Assembly (NCBI GenBank): GCA_951406725.2
Contig: OX597819.1
Span: forward strand, 92,318,001-92,382,000
Length of the DNA: 64,000 nt
From: Octopus vulgaris
Lineage: Eukaryota
Direction of reading: 5' to 3'
Shown here: positions 38,250-52,322 of the stretch, piece after piece
Position numbering within the stretch: position 1 is the stretch's first letter
Layout: every line of letters starts with the position of its first letter
Notes under the pieces: generated by a model
The model's database searches: none
What the model was told of the DNA's origin: nothing
Seen by the model: the letters and a program-made list of their open reading frames with translations, nothing else
Made by a program: the position numbers and the translations under genes

Positions 38250-38445
38250 TTACAAAAAAAAAAAAACAAAGACGAAGACGGGTGTGTAAACAACAGACAG
38301 ATGTATTAGTTTAACGCTCGCGAAGTGGGAAAGTCTTTTATGTTACGTGCCTACGCTCTTCAACAGAAAGGAACTCAGAAATAAGCAGAGGGAAAGAAAA
38401 TAAGAAAGGTTTAGTGGCTAGCGAACAATCATGGCGAATCATGAT
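38250..38445 (-). mobile_element. Short repeat family with minimal hammerhead-like motif (degenerate copy)
   Basis: Reverse complement CTTTCTGTTGAAGAGCGTAGGCACGTAACATAAAAGACT...AAACTAATAC, homologous to 43290-43500 and 48560-48825. Confidence 0.65.
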
Positions 38446-39297
38446 ATATATTGCGTGTATGTAAATGTATATATGTATATATGCATGGATGTATGTATGT
38501 ATACGATGAGAGAATGAAAGTGGAGAGGGAGGAAGGAGAGTAAATGTCAAAAACATTCCACACGAATGAGAGGATAAGCAAAATAAATAATAATATGTCA
38601 ATAGGTTTTTTCCCTTTTACATTGTTAGTAATAAATTCTAATTTATAATATTTCAATTAATTCATTTCAAAATACAATAATATGCATTGGAAAACAGATT
38701 AATACAGTCATATTTTTTCAAAATACATTATTGTATATTCCAAAATATCATATCCTACTCAAAACAACTTACAACAAACAAATCATTTCAAGTTTACGGA
38801 TTCCAAAGTATCTTTTTACATTCAAATCCTTTCGAAAAGCATTATTAGACACTCTTAAGTACCTATTTGCATCAATACATAATTAAATATTTCAACCTAT
38901 ATAATTACAAACCAATTTCGTTTTTTACATAATTCATTGCAATGTACGAGAATAATGGCTTGCTACTTGTTTTCATTTAATGGACAGTATGACTTCTAGA
39001 AATAGTCTCATTATAGACCCACTAGGTAACAAGGATGGTAAAATATTACCCTGCCCATATTGGGTTGGCCAAAATTATGTGGGGCCAATTATGTTGGCCA
39101 AAATTATGTAAAGTTTCGTATTTGCAGTATTAAAATACATACGAGAAAATATATCAAAATGAATCAAAAGTAATTACAAATCGCAGTAGCATTTTATCAA
39201 CTAATCGAATCGGACGGGTATATACATATGGTTTATAATAACTGTTTCATATAGTCAGATAACAGTCAGCTCATATGAAAATTTTGTACTTCAATAT

Positions 39298-39620
<323 letters not shown>

Positions 39621-42592
39621 TATCTATATATATATTTATCTATCTATCTATCTTTCATTCTACGTATGTATATATGTATGTATCTATATATCTATCAACG
39701 TATGTAAGTATGTATGTATTTATATATGCACATGCACGCATACATACGAATGATTCAATAGACGAAAGGAAACCGCACTTAACACATAACGGAATTGGAA
39801 TTTTACTTATTTAATAAGAGAGTTGACGTATTTCCCCACAATTTAAATTTTCGTAGGCGTAGAAAACGTGGAATACGTAATGAGAGAACAGTAGTAGCTA
39901 ATATCTTAAATGATAGCCTTAGCTAAGGTTTCGCAGCGAGAGCCACTTCATAATTAACTTACTAATTACTAGCATGTAATATCATTTCACTCAGTGGATA
40001 CCGCCATCTTGTTAACGAAAGATATTTGCTATAATACAAGATTTGATATGTAGGGTCAAAAACTCTCCGTGATATTTCTTTATTCCTCACTTCTCTTATA
40101 TAGAAGGTGAAACGTTCATCGACCTACAGACATAGTAAAATAAGTGTTCCGCTATTTCCCATTCATTTAATCCTTCTAAAAAAACACGAAATAACTATGA
40201 ACGTGTGTGAAAAATAACTCAGTTCTTCACGCATTATCAATAACAAAACCACAACAAGCAAATAAATAGAAACGGATTTGAAATGTCACTGCCTTAAATC
40301 ACGTGGCCATTGTATGTTTTGAATCACATTCTTGAAATATCGAAAAGTTCAGAGTTATCTTAAGTGGTGCATGATGTAGCATCTAAATTTACTGCAGGAA
40401 CAAGCTATGACTTCCAGCGTCTATTTAGTGGCAGTAAACATTTTTTCTAACTACTAAACGTGAGCATATACAACTTCAAGATGCCTTCCATTGTCGAAAT
40501 TGGCGTAAGCAAATACCATAGTGTAATAATAAACAAACGTGCTGATAATCATCATCTCTCCTACAAGACAGACTTTGGGCGTATTGCCATTGTATGTCAC
40601 AGTGGAAGAAATTTTTTCGGTGTTTGTTACGTCATTCCTATTCACTGTTTTATAGTCTACCAAACGTTGACTGGTTTCAAACAATGTAAATAATCAATAA
40701 CCATACGTGTTGAACTGAACATGAAAACAGGAGTATGCAATTTATTTTAGTGAGTTCAATGATGGTAGTCTTTTGTAGCTTAGGAAAGAAGTTTCTGCAA
40801 TTTTCTTGTTGAACAACCTGCAAAAATGATTTGTATAATGTATGTGCGGTACATTATCGCTCTCTCTCTCTCCGTCAAAATTCTTTGAATATTGTTTTCC
40901 ATTTGATTAATCACGGATAATTTACATTTTAGGGGATTTGGAATTGGGGGAAATGTGATCTATATATTTTTCTCTTTAAGGCCCTAATCGCTTAAATGAA
41001 AGGAAATACTTTCAATGTCGGATTTGCTTTCAATATTTTCGCATATTGAGCTACTAGAAAGTCCTGAAAAGCTTAGTTGAATAGATTCCAGCTCAGTTAT
41101 GCCACCAGTTTATCTGCAATATGAAGCCGTTATACTATATAAAGTAGAATTATATAGCTCATAAAAATGAATTCGTTATTCTGAGAGAATGTCTTATGGT
41201 GGATATCAGAAAGCGGTTTCAGCCCTTCGTAGAAATTATATAAAAATATTCAATTTATATCCCCTAAGTTATATTTTGTGTTTAACGAACTAAATATTTT
41301 CTGAATATGTGATGACTATACGAATTATAAATTCTAACAGCTGCGATAACATTAGTTGCTTAGATGAAGAGAAACATGGTGATTGTCTTGAGAAATCTAG
41401 ATTGCAGTTTCAATTCTTGGACAAAAGAATTTCACATACATATCTGAAATCAAGTTTTCCATCTTTATCTTGGAACACTAATATATGAATTCTGTCTATG
41501 TAAACCAAAAACGTAGATTTGTGAAATCTTAATTCAGGTTTTAAACCTTATAGAAGTCAATTCAAATAATTTATGATGTTAATAGATCTTGAGACACGCT
41601 TGTACACCAATTCAAGCAACACGTAAAAACCTATCTTCTTCAAAACAGGAAAATTATATTGTATAATGCAGTCGTGGGGATTTGCAAGTAAGCGGATGAT
41701 CAAGACTGTAGTTCATTTGATAATAGGTCTGCTTGATTATGAATGACTTAGGGAAAAACAGCGATAGTAACAATGATGACTTTTGTGTGAAGTGAAATAA
41801 AATGAACATCCTCCATAACTCTGGAAATCAATATCGTATGACACAAAATGGGATCTATTTCCGAAATGAAATTTAACTATGATCAAATTTATCTGTCATC
41901 ATTTGTTAGTAGATATTATATAACATTACTAGATGTATATTCAACCACATAGCCAATTTCGTACAATGTTATCTACTGCAACCACAGAATCTGACATAAA
42001 AAAAACAATCTACTACCTTATTAACAAACGGATAAAGCGAACCATATAATCCCTGAAACAGAAAATCACAAGATGATTACAAGAGCTCATAGATTTTCTA
42101 GGATACCGTTGACATAGTGTCAAAGAGAAAAATAGAGCACAAAACATGCAAATGAAACAAAGATGTTTATTAATGATGTATGCACAGTGTCAGAAAGGAT
42201 ACACACACACGCACACACACACACTTATTTAGTATTCTTATACAAGAATGTTGCAGACAGTTTCGGTCAGCTAAGCCATCGTCGGTCTGAGATGTATTGG
42301 TGTCAGGTTTTGCCTTTATATAGTCTGTTTGGGTATGTGGGATTGAGTAATTTGGTTTACATGGAAAGGTGTTTTGAAAATAATTTTATTGATTATATTT
42401 AGGGTTTATGTTATTATTTAGAATTTATTCGTGCATGTAGGAATTTGTAAACAAGCTTTCACCTTTCACCTGCGTATTGTCAAAGCAAAAGGATTAAATT
42501 AAAAAATACCAAAATCAACAAAAATACTCTCACAACTGCCAATGTAACAAAAGAGAAACACCTATAGACTTCTTTACAAAAGCTTAAGATGG

Positions 42593-42629
<37 letters not shown>

Positions 42630-42633
<4 letters not shown>

Positions 42634-42900
42634 TTTGGTTTGTGTTGAGATTGCTTACAGAAAGCAAATATTCCGTAAAGTAATTGCTTCTGAAGTCTGA
42701 AATTATGAAGACGAGCAATATGATCGACATACTTCATGTGGCACTTGGTGTGATCAGTGCTCATTCTGAGACCGCTCACTTTTCTTCAGCAATCCCGTGT
42801 TTGATGTGAAAGATTTACAATTGATGATCATGAGTCGTCTAACATATTTCTGGTGAAACCTCTCAAGAATTTTGATGTGTAGGCGATTCCTCTTTTCATC
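42630..42900 (-). mobile_element. RTE/BovB-like LINE 3' fragment
   Basis: KILERFHQKYVRRLM.I...SNT.LL...YVDHIARL...RLQKQLLYG...KQSQHKPK. Confidence 0.75.
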
Positions 42901-43370
42901 TGACATTGACTTACTCTCTTCACTCCTACACGCTTGAACTCTTCATTGATACCCCTATCCCCTCAAATCCCCCACCACTCCATACACACACTAGCACTGA
43001 CCACTTCCCAGCACCCACACCACACACTATCATCCACACGCCCAACACGGTCTTCAATAGCGTCACCACACATACTGCTATATGGGCAGCCACAGGTTAC
43101 AAAAGCACACACTTACACACTTACACACCCAGACTTATCAAAGACTTGTCAAAGTAACTAGCCCCTATTCACACACGAACACTTACACATTCACACACAC
43201 CATTCTCTCACACACAGAGACGCACGCGCACATTCATTGGGATCACCAGCATTTTAATTATTTCCCTTTTTCCTACCTCTTCTTTCAAAAAAAGTTTTCT
43301 AATCAGTCACCATTCATGACCATTAAATCCACAGTTTTTTCCTTCTTTCTCTGTTTATTTTCTCGTTTTC

Positions 43371-43406
43371 CTTTCTGTTGATGAGCTTAGGCTCGAAACG
43401 TAAAAG
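43371..43406 (+). ncRNA. Minimal hammerhead-like motif, core variant CUGUUGA
   Basis: CTTT-CTGTTGA-T-GAGC-ttag-GCTC-GAAA-CG-TA-AAAG. Confidence 0.5.
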
Positions 43407-44339
43407 ACTCTTTCATTTACCATTTCCCCAGCGTCAAACTAATACACCTGGTTGTTGTTTATACACATGTCTTCATCTTTAGTTTTTCTATAAATTACAT
43501 AATTTCTTTATGTAATGCATTTGCAAAATATTCTCTCCGTTTGTTTAATAAACATAAACATAAACATCAAAACGTCGGATGTCAACTAAGTCAGCGTCAA
43601 ATCATTGATGCTGAAAGCTAAATCAACATGGCTCTGGCAAGTCATATCGCTGATTTGCTATAGGGTCATTGTGAACTCTCAGCAATTAAATATTTCTCCC
43701 GCAAAGGCTAATGATATAATTCATTGTTTCATGTGTGCCTATGTATTTGTTTACGCATGTGGTATGAGAGTGTGAAGATATGTGAAGGCAAAGACCACGT
43801 GATTATGTGCGTGATGAATTTGTGTGTGTGTGTATATGTCGGCTCACGTGTGTGTTTGTGTGCAAGTATGTGTGTTCCTTTTATTTTATTTTATGCGTAT
43901 GTGAGTGTAAATTTCCAGAATTCGATTTACTTATTTATTGGCAATGAGGTACAAAACTATCTTAGGCGTATAAGTATATAACTGAAAGAAAAAATTGAAT
44001 GCGTATAAATATTGGACATCTCTATTGTCCGAAGATGGATGTAAAATGATAGACAGAGGTGAAAATTTTGCGAAAGCGAATTCATAATAAATGTACACAA
44101 AACTAATTCACATTTAGTAGGACGATTTCCGCTACTTTACTGCTTTTAAATATCATGTGAATTGATTTATTAACATAAGCACTGGGTCGAAATCTGCAAC
44201 ATATTAAATCCAGGATCTGTTCGATATGTTCAGAAACAAATACAGTTATTAATTGCACGTTTGTTTTTGCTCTTTCTGTTCTTCCTTTTATTACATTATA
44301 TTTGCGTTTCAGGTGCAGATCGATAACTTCAACTATGTA

Positions 44340-44389
<50 letters not shown>

Positions 44390-45457
44390 TGCATAATTGT
44401 GTGTGTACATATATATATATGTATACATATTATTATATATCATATATATGAGAGGGAGATAGATATACCATTGTGTTTGAATATATATATATATGCACGT
44501 ATATATGTATCAATATATATATATATGTACACACACATGTATATATAGAGAGACATACATACATACATATATATGTAATTGTGTATTCTTTTATTGATTT
44601 TCATTATTGTTCTACGGCCATGCTGGGGCATGGCCTTTAAAAGTGTTGATCGATTATATCGACCCAAGTACATGTATAGCGTTAGATATTTGCATTGATC
44701 TCTAGCAAATGGTTTCAGGCTCCCTTTTTTCGTTTCAGGGGACGCAATATATACGCACGCATATACGTATAAATATTACGTGTATATATATATATGTATG
44801 TGAGTGTATGCGTGCTAGTGTAGGAGCATGTGGATGCCTGTGTGTGCACGCACTTCACTTATTTCTATTGAGTTTTCATCTACCACATTGATCGTAAGTT
44901 ATGGGTCACATTAAATCCATAGGGAAATACACTTACCAAAATACCTACCCGCATACATGAGGTTGCGAGTAACTATTTTGGTCCGCATATAAACTCGCAT
45001 CGGTTGTTAGCTGTCAGGACACTGCAGTATTCAAAAATTCCAAACTTCCTGAAATTCTTTAACTCTACACCTCACGTACCTACGCACAGTTTTATAACCG
45101 TGGATGGCCTACCGTTTGTTTAAACTATCTTCTTGTGCTTTATTTTGGATATTTTGAACAAGTTACTGTCTTCTCTCCCCTTTTTTACTGTTTTCTGGCG
45201 ATTAGTTGTGCACGATCAGCACTGTACGCCGTAAGATCATTATCACTACTATGCATATTTGTATGTGTAAACACAGAATCATATATATGAAGACACACGC
45301 ACATACACATATGGTGGGAATCGGTGTAAATGTAGCTAACTTCGACTTTTCTTCATCCTAGGAATTTTTAACACATAAGTTTTCTTGCTATGTTTACGTA
45401 TCTACCTCTGAATGTCTTTCTCAACTTTCATATGTACAGTAATCCCTCAACTAGAAA

Positions 45458-45750
45458 GGCGGCGAGCTGGCAGAAACGTTAGCACACCGGGCGAAATGCC
45501 TAGCGGCATTTTGCCTGCCGTTACGTTCTGAGTTCAAATTCAGCCGAGATCGACTTTGCCTTTCATTCTTTCTGGGTCTGTAAATTAAGTACCAGTTACG
45601 CACTGGGGTCGATGTAATCGACTAGATCCGTTTGTCTGTCGTTTTTTGCCCCCCCCCTGTATGTAGCACCTTGTAGGCAGTAAAAGAAATAAGAAACGTT
45701 AGCAAACCGGGCGAAATGCCTAGCGGTATTTCGTCTGCCGTTACGTTCTG
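45458..45750 (+). mobile_element. SINE family B with partial tandem second head
   Basis: Full unit followed by a repeat of AGAAACGTTAGCA..CCGGGCGAAATGCCTAGCGG...TTACGTTCTG. Confidence 0.85.
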
Positions 45751-46227
45751 GATATGTACTACTGTACTGTATATTTCTTTCATCATTTTTGCAATTTGTA
45801 TATATTTATTTTATCATGAATGCAAAACAACGTAAGCTTAAATAATAAACCGCGCTAGGTGAACTGCGATATGGCGAGGGATTGGTGTATATACATGCAG
45901 GATACATGCCTATAATTTATAATACATTTATAATTGTATGAGTGGGATATTGGGTAGCTCTGCTTTTGCATGTGCTTATATTTGGGTATGTTTATATACA
46001 TATCTGTGTGTGTGTGTGTGCGTATATTTGTTTGTGGGCTTGTTTGTTTGTTTGTGCGTGTGTGTGTTGGTCTTCATGTTTCTGTTTGTCCACCACCATC
46101 GTTTTATAGTATTGGTATTATTTACGACAACGCAATTTAGCGGTTCGTAAAAAGAGACCATTAGACTAAATAACAAGATTTAAAATAAGCACTGGAGTTA
46201 ATTTGTTTGACTAAAACCTCAAAGGTC

Positions 46228-46535
46228 GAGGCGCAATGGCCCAGTGGTTAGGGCAGCGAACTTGCGGCGTGAGGATCGCGGTTTCAATTCCCAGACCGGG
46301 CGTTGTGTGTTTACTGAGCGAAATCAACTAAAGCTCCACGAAATCCGTTAGGAGGTGGGGCGACCCATGTTGTACTCTTTCGCCCCAACTTTCTCTCAAT
46401 TTGTCCTCCTGTTTCTTGAGTAACGCTGCGATGAACTGGCGTCCTGTCCAGCTGGGGGAGGGGGGATCACATACGCCATAGAAACTGGGAGACCGGGCCC
46501 TTGAGCCTGGCTAGGCTTGAAAAGGGCGCGTAAAA
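46228..46535 (+). mobile_element. SINE family C head with alternative 3' part
   Basis: GAGGCGCAATGGCCCAGTGGTTAGGG...GGTTTCAATTCCCAGACC; the tail differs from the 8960 copy. Confidence 0.8.
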
Positions 46536-46890
46536 AATAAAAACCCTCAAAGCATTGCCCCAAAACGGCCGTAATATTACGGTCATTTCCACAACCTCAA
46601 CAGACTACTAGTGCAAATAAGTCAATGTTGTTGACTGTATTTCGGTTAAAGCCATAGCTTCAATAAGGTAAACCCAGAGTTGTCTCACTTAAGCATTTCC
46701 CATTGATAACGGCTAAAGATATCGATGTCTGGGAATCCGACAGGGGCGGGCTGCGTAGATCTATTGTTTTTACACCTTTTTACCGCAAGAGAAAATGTTC
46801 TACACTGTAGCTCCGGTAAATTTGCCTTTTAGCAGCTGCGATATGATACAAGCATAATTCAACTAAACTAAGTTCGCATATATATATATA

Positions 46891-47083
46891 CCGCGGTTTC
46901 GATTCCCAGACCGGGCGTTGTGAGTGTTTATTGAGTGAAAACACCTAAAGCTCCATGAGGCTACGGCAGGCGGTGCTGGCGATCCCTGATGTACTCTTTC
47001 GCCACAACTTCCTCTCACTCTTTCTTCTGTTGGCCTACTCGCTTAGCCAGCGTGGTAGCGTCATTTGAAGGCTAAAACAATGC
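46891..47083 (+). mobile_element. SINE family C, 5'-truncated
   Basis: CGCGGTTTCGATTCCCAGACC...GAAGGCTAAAACAATGCG. Confidence 0.8.
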
Positions 47084-47505
47084 GTGTGTGTGTGTGCGTG
47101 CGTGTGTGTGAATATGAGTGTGTGGGAGGAATGTGAGTCTTTATGAGCGTATGGGTGTAGTCTTAAACCTCGATGCAATGGCACAATGGGCAAAATATGG
47201 TCTAAAGTTGTTCTAAAGTATATTTTTTAAACACATTGATATTACAAAGCGTGCACGAAGACTGTTGAGTGTTGCTGCATGAATTAACCAAGTCTAAACC
47301 TGTAGACACGAATGTCTGAGATGTCATATTGTTCGGTTTGGTAACCGTTATACTAACAACATAAATAGCTTGTAGATTACAATAGTAAGTGACGTGTGCA
47401 AAAAAATACCATTTCCTGGACGCGTTCAGCTACAACGTAGATGTCGTGCAAAGCAACTAAGCAGTCATTAGGATGGAGTGGTTTTATAAACACATAAACA
47501 CATAC

Positions 47506-47536
<31 letters not shown>

Positions 47537-47709
47537 TGTATGTATGTATGTATGTATGTATGTATGTATATATATATATAAATATATACATATATATATC
47601 ATTGTATATCTAAGTATATATACACACATATACGCATGTATGCATGCATATATATATGTATATACATATATATTTCTATATAAATATTTACGTTATATAT
47701 GTATATATA

Positions 47710-47819
<110 letters not shown>

Positions 47820-48253
47820 TAGAAATATGTGTTTTATGTGTGTATTTCATTTCATTTTAATTTCATCTAGTTTCAGCTCATGAGCTGTAGCCATGCTGGG
47901 GGCACCGCCATTCATGTATATGAATGTATATGTTTATTTGGATGTGTGTGTGTCTATGCATGCATATATGTTTACATAAAATGAGTGATATAGAGAGACC
48001 GGCAACATACAGAATCGAAATCGAAGAAAAACTGATTGCTTGAGAAATTTACAAGTACAGCTATGTACCAATCTACATGTGTGTAGCTAAATATGCGAGC
48101 ATATCTGTGCGTGTGTCGATATATATTCCTGTATTTCTATAGATGTATTTCTATACGTATGCGTATATAGATATATATATATATATATATATGATTTAAC
48201 ATATACATATGCATTTATATATATATATACAGATGTATGTATAGATATAAGTA

Positions 48254-48361
<108 letters not shown>

Positions 48362-48384
48362 GGAGTGGCAGTGTGAAGGCGCAG

Positions 48385-48523
48385 CATTGGCTGTGTGGAG
48401 GTGCAGGAGTGACTGCGTGGTAAGAAGCTTGCTTCCTAAAGATATGGTTCCGGATTCAGTCCCACAGCGTCGCACCTTGCGCAAGTGTCCTCTACTATAA
48501 CAACGGGCCGACCAAAGACTATT
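48385..48523 (+). mobile_element. SINE family A, partial
   Basis: GCAGGAGTGACTGCGTGGTAAG...GGATTCAGTCCCACAGCG...GGGCCGACCAAAG. Confidence 0.75.
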
Positions 48524-48657
48524 ATCTCCCCTAATTTCGCTCTTGCGTCTCACGTTTGATCTTTGACTTCTGGCCGAAATCAGATCGCCATGTTGATTCG
48601 ATAGCCTCTGCACGCATTTTTTTTTCTCTCCTTCTTTCTGTGTTTCTTCTCTGTGTA

Positions 48658-48695
48658 TCTTTCTGTTGAAGAGCGTAGGCTCGAAACGTTAAAGA
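48658..48695 (+). ncRNA. Minimal hammerhead-like motif, core variant CUGUUGA
   Basis: TCTTT-CTGTTGA-A-GAGC-gtag-GCTC-GAAA-CG-TT-AAAGA. Confidence 0.5.
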
Positions 48696-49175
48696 CTTGT
48701 TTTATTTATATTTCCTGAGCGCCATACTAATACAATTGTTTGTTTGTATTCCACCTGCCTTCGTCTTTTGTTTATTTCCGTAAACCTGCCTTCGTCTTTT
48801 GTCTATTTTCATAAAGCTTCCCGTTATATATATATATGGCGCAGGAGTGGCTGTGTGGTAAGTAGTTTGCTTACCAGACAGACGTGCTGTTTTTTGCTCA
48901 GGGGAAATGTCACGTGTTAACGTGAATTATTGAACATTTTACGGCAACAGGTAGGACATTTGGGATATTTTTGGAAGCATAGTGAGGTTTATTGCTTGCC
49001 GTTAATACTTTTTTGGCATTAATGTTAATTAGTGTTAACACTTTTCTGCGCGTAATAAGCTTCACTTTGCTTCGGATGTATTTGTTCTGCCTGTTGGCGT
49101 ATTTATTGTCTCACCTTTTAGTGAGAATTGTGTATTTTGAAGAGGCATAGCCCCTCCTCAAAAATTAATTTGTTC

Positions 49176-49294
49176 GCTTGGATTTACCACGGAGAACCAA
49201 TTGTGCTTGGATTTACCACGGAGAACCAATTGTGCTTGGATTTACCACGGAGAACCAAGTGTGCTAGGATTTACCACGGAGAACCAAGTGTGCT
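49176..49294 (+). repeat. 4 x 29-bp tandem repeat in the 5'UTR
   Basis: GATTTACCACGGAGAACCAA at 49181, 49210, 49239 and 49268. Confidence 0.95.
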
Positions 49295-49459
49295 GCAACT
49301 AGGAGTACCCTGTTTCGTGAGGATTACCAGTTGCAGAACTGTGTTGCCATTATTTGAACTGTCTTCCTTCGTCCTTTTCTCTGTTCTGTCTTTCTGTTCT
49401 GTCATTGTGTTTTTTTCTTATTGGACTTTGAACTTTTAGTTGAACTTTTTTTCAAAATC

Positions 49460-50678
49460 ATGGCAACAAAAGAAACCACTGCTTTGGAATGGGAGGTTGT
49501 CCCACCCAAGCAGTGGATTGAAAGTCTTGAGAAGAGGACGGTGGTCCTACGAACCTATTCTAGGTCGCGTGGAGCTATCGCCCTCTTCGACAGGAGCACC
49601 ATAGAGAAAGAGTTGGGGGACCACCTACCAACGATAAAGTTTATTTCTCGGGGGAGTAAATTTGCAACGGTGTGGTTGCTGTTTGGTACCCCCGAGGAAG
49701 CTAGCAGATTTGCTAGCGATCCACTGGAGGGAGAGGAAATTTTGTTCCTCCCCTCGTATTGTGGCAGAAAAGTAAAAAGAGCCTGGGTTTGTGGGCTGCC
49801 CCCGGTCACGGAGGCGGAATGGATCGAGAAGACGATCCGGCGAGGCCTGGGGGATAGCGGACCCAGGCTACTGAGTGTGAAAATGGCTCCCGCGGTCGCC
49901 TGGGAGGGGTCAAAGGCAACTTTGACCCTGTGGACACCGGTGGCCGTGGGAGAAATGAAATTCCAGGACTTCCTGAGAATGGCTGGGCACAGGTACCCGG
50001 TGATACTCGAGGGACGCCCCCCAAGTGTCACCTGTGCCTGAAGCCCGGACATATCAAGAGGAATTGTCCCGGGGGCCGTGGTGGTGCCCCGGAGCATGAA
50101 GGGGAAAAGGCGCCCGCCGCCCCCTCATTGGAGGGGGAGACGGTGGAAGTCGTGGAGGAGGTTGCCTCCACGAAAAGAAAGAGACAGGCGAGCAACAATG
50201 GCTGCTCGCCAAAGAACGCTCAGGTGGCGGAGGGGGATAGCGATCCCCCGTGTCTGGTGACGGAGTCCCCTGGGTCAGCAGTCTCCCCCAAAAGAAGGAG
50301 GAGAAAAAGAAAGAAAGGTCGGGCGGCTGATATTCATGAGCCGCAGACGTTGGCGGCGGGAACTGTGCCGCCAACGAAAGAACTGAACGTATTGGTCCTC
50401 TTCTATAGAGGAGGAGAAATTGAAAAAAAATGATGGAAGAGTACCACAAGGGAGCTCCTTTAGCCTTCACACAGGACCCCGAATGGCCTCCGTAGATAGC
50501 TGTGGAGGCCGTGGCGTTCGACGTGACGCTTGGGCTAAAGGAGCTCAATGAAGATTATAGCTTGGTCCCGGGCGACGCGAACTCGGAACTTGATTACGTT
50601 CTGAGGGAGGCGTGTTTGATGGTGGAGGGCGCGGGCACAAGCTATTTCGAGGACGATATGTATTTATTGAACTGTTAG
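49460..50678 (+). pseudogene. Gag-like/ORF1 nucleic-acid-binding protein with CCHC zinc knuckle, disrupted
   Basis: ATG 49460 MATKETTALEW...VILEGRPP/KCHLCLKPGHIKRNCP (CX2CX4HX4C); frameshifts in poly-C (~50017-50022) and poly-A (~50423-50430), one in-frame TAG (~50493); basic KRRRRKRKK tract; ends at TAG 50678. Confidence 0.8.
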
Positions 50679-51339
50679 TTTTAATAATGGACTGCCAAGT
50701 CCAAAAATTGAAAAATTGAAAGAGGTTTAATACCTCGTTTTGTATTTTCATTAATAATGGACTGCTAAGTCCAAAAATTGGAAAAATTGCAAGAGGTTTA
50801 ATACCTCGTTTTGTGTTTATCTTTAAAAAGAACAATGTTTTAGAGAAGCGAAAGTCGGCGGGAGCTTTTTGTCTTCTCCCATCCTTATCATCTGTCTTTC
50901 ATTATCATTCACTTCATTAATGTCCTCGTCCAACCCGCAAAGCTAACTTAATCTGTGTACTGCCTTTATGGCAAATGTTTTGAAATAAAGTAGCTTGCTT
51001 ACCAACCACATGGTTCCGGGTTCAGTCCCACTGCGTGGCATCTAGGGCAAGTGTCTTCTGCTATAGCCCCGGGCCGACCAATGCCTTGTGAGTGGATTTG
51101 GTAGACGGAAACTGAAAGAAGCCTGACGTATATATGTATATATATATATATATGTGTGTGTATCAATGTTTGCTTTTATATTCTATTATAATCAAAACTA
51201 TTGTACATTAATGTAAAGTACAAATTTATTATTCTTAAACAATAATATTGTTGGTAGTGACACTTCGGAGGTTCGGCCAGATAAGCCATCGTCGGACTGT
51301 GCTGCATTGGAGTTAGTTAAACCTTATGTCTTTGAGCTT

Positions 51340-51935
51340 CAACCCTGTTCATTAGAAATTTCTCGCACTGGGAAAAAGTAAGTGGTAGTCTACAAAAGTA
51401 AGTGGTAACTTGGTAAAGTAGCAAGCAGTTTGAGAAAGTTCAGATTGTCCATTAAATAGCTAAGCATAAACTCCTGTAACTTCAATGTTAAAGTACAAGG
51501 AACTTGTACTTCAGCCGTAGTTGTCATCCAAGACACGTTATATATCTAAGTATCAACAGTGGATGTTTCTATGAATATAACTACAACGGCCCCGTCAAAA
51601 CCATCTGGCTTTATTAATCTCCAAATCAAAATAATTTGGAGCACAAAATCAATTTTGGACAACTGCACTAGGGCTGATCTACAGTTGGTGTGATTCTTAA
51701 TCAAATTAAGAGCTACATTTGTGACAAAAACTGCAAAACCAAATTAGGGTTAAGTGGATGGTGGAATGTCCCTAGTAGAAATGGTATCACACCTGTTACA
51801 GGCATATGTTTTCCACGAGAAAGTGGTTAAGCTGGAAATCTGTATTACGAAAACATATAATGATAAGAATGGCTAACCTACTGAAGAATACGAACTCAGT
51901 GCATTCGTAGCGTGTACATTCTTATTAAGGGAATT
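51340..51935 (+). pseudogene. Possible decayed intronless fibrinogen-related domain (FReD)
   Basis: FIRNFSHWEK...FEKVQIVH*I...CDKNCKTKLGLSGWWN...EWLTY...IRSVYILIK resembles the FReD motif order; multiple stops. Confidence 0.3.
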
Positions 51936-52184
51936 CAAGAAACATTTCCTCCTTGTGATTGAGAATTTTCATATAAGTTGGCATTTTGCAGACTGAGAGA
52001 ATTGTGTTGCGTTTGTATGTGTGTATGTGTGTGTGTGTATGTGTGTGTATGTGTGTGCGTGTGTGCGTGTGTGTGCGTGTGTGTGTGCGTGTGTGTGCGT
52101 GTGTGTGTATGTGTGTGCGTGTGCGTGCGTGTAGTACGCAGAACATGCGGTGAATCTGTGGTGAAATATATATGTGCGTGTGTG

Positions 52185-52236
<52 letters not shown>

Positions 52237-52268
52237 ATATATCAGAAAACCTAAAGCTATGTAATCGA

Positions 52269-52322
<54 letters not shown>

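Larger units (their letters stand above)
48877..50987 (+). mobile_element. ORF1-only non-autonomous L1/Tx1-like retroelement (HAL1-like)
   Basis: 17-bp TSD (48860-48876, 50988-51004); long 5'UTR with 4x29-bp repeats; one gag-like ORF; 3'UTR with a 70-bp duplication ending in AATAAA; no RT/endonuclease ORF. Confidence 0.8.
48839..51130 (+). mobile_element. SINE family A split by a 2.1-kb insertion
   Basis: Head 48839-48876 resumes at 50988 with the duplicated AAGTAG(T/C)TTGCTTACCA. Confidence 0.9.

Noticed and set aside
49176-49294. 29-bp repeats as a mini-CRISPR
   Set aside because: Head-to-tail with no spacers; lies in a retroelement 5'UTR
49555-50548. Minus-strand ORFs of 180 and 164 aa
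   Set aside because: Antisense shadows of the GC-rich ORF1
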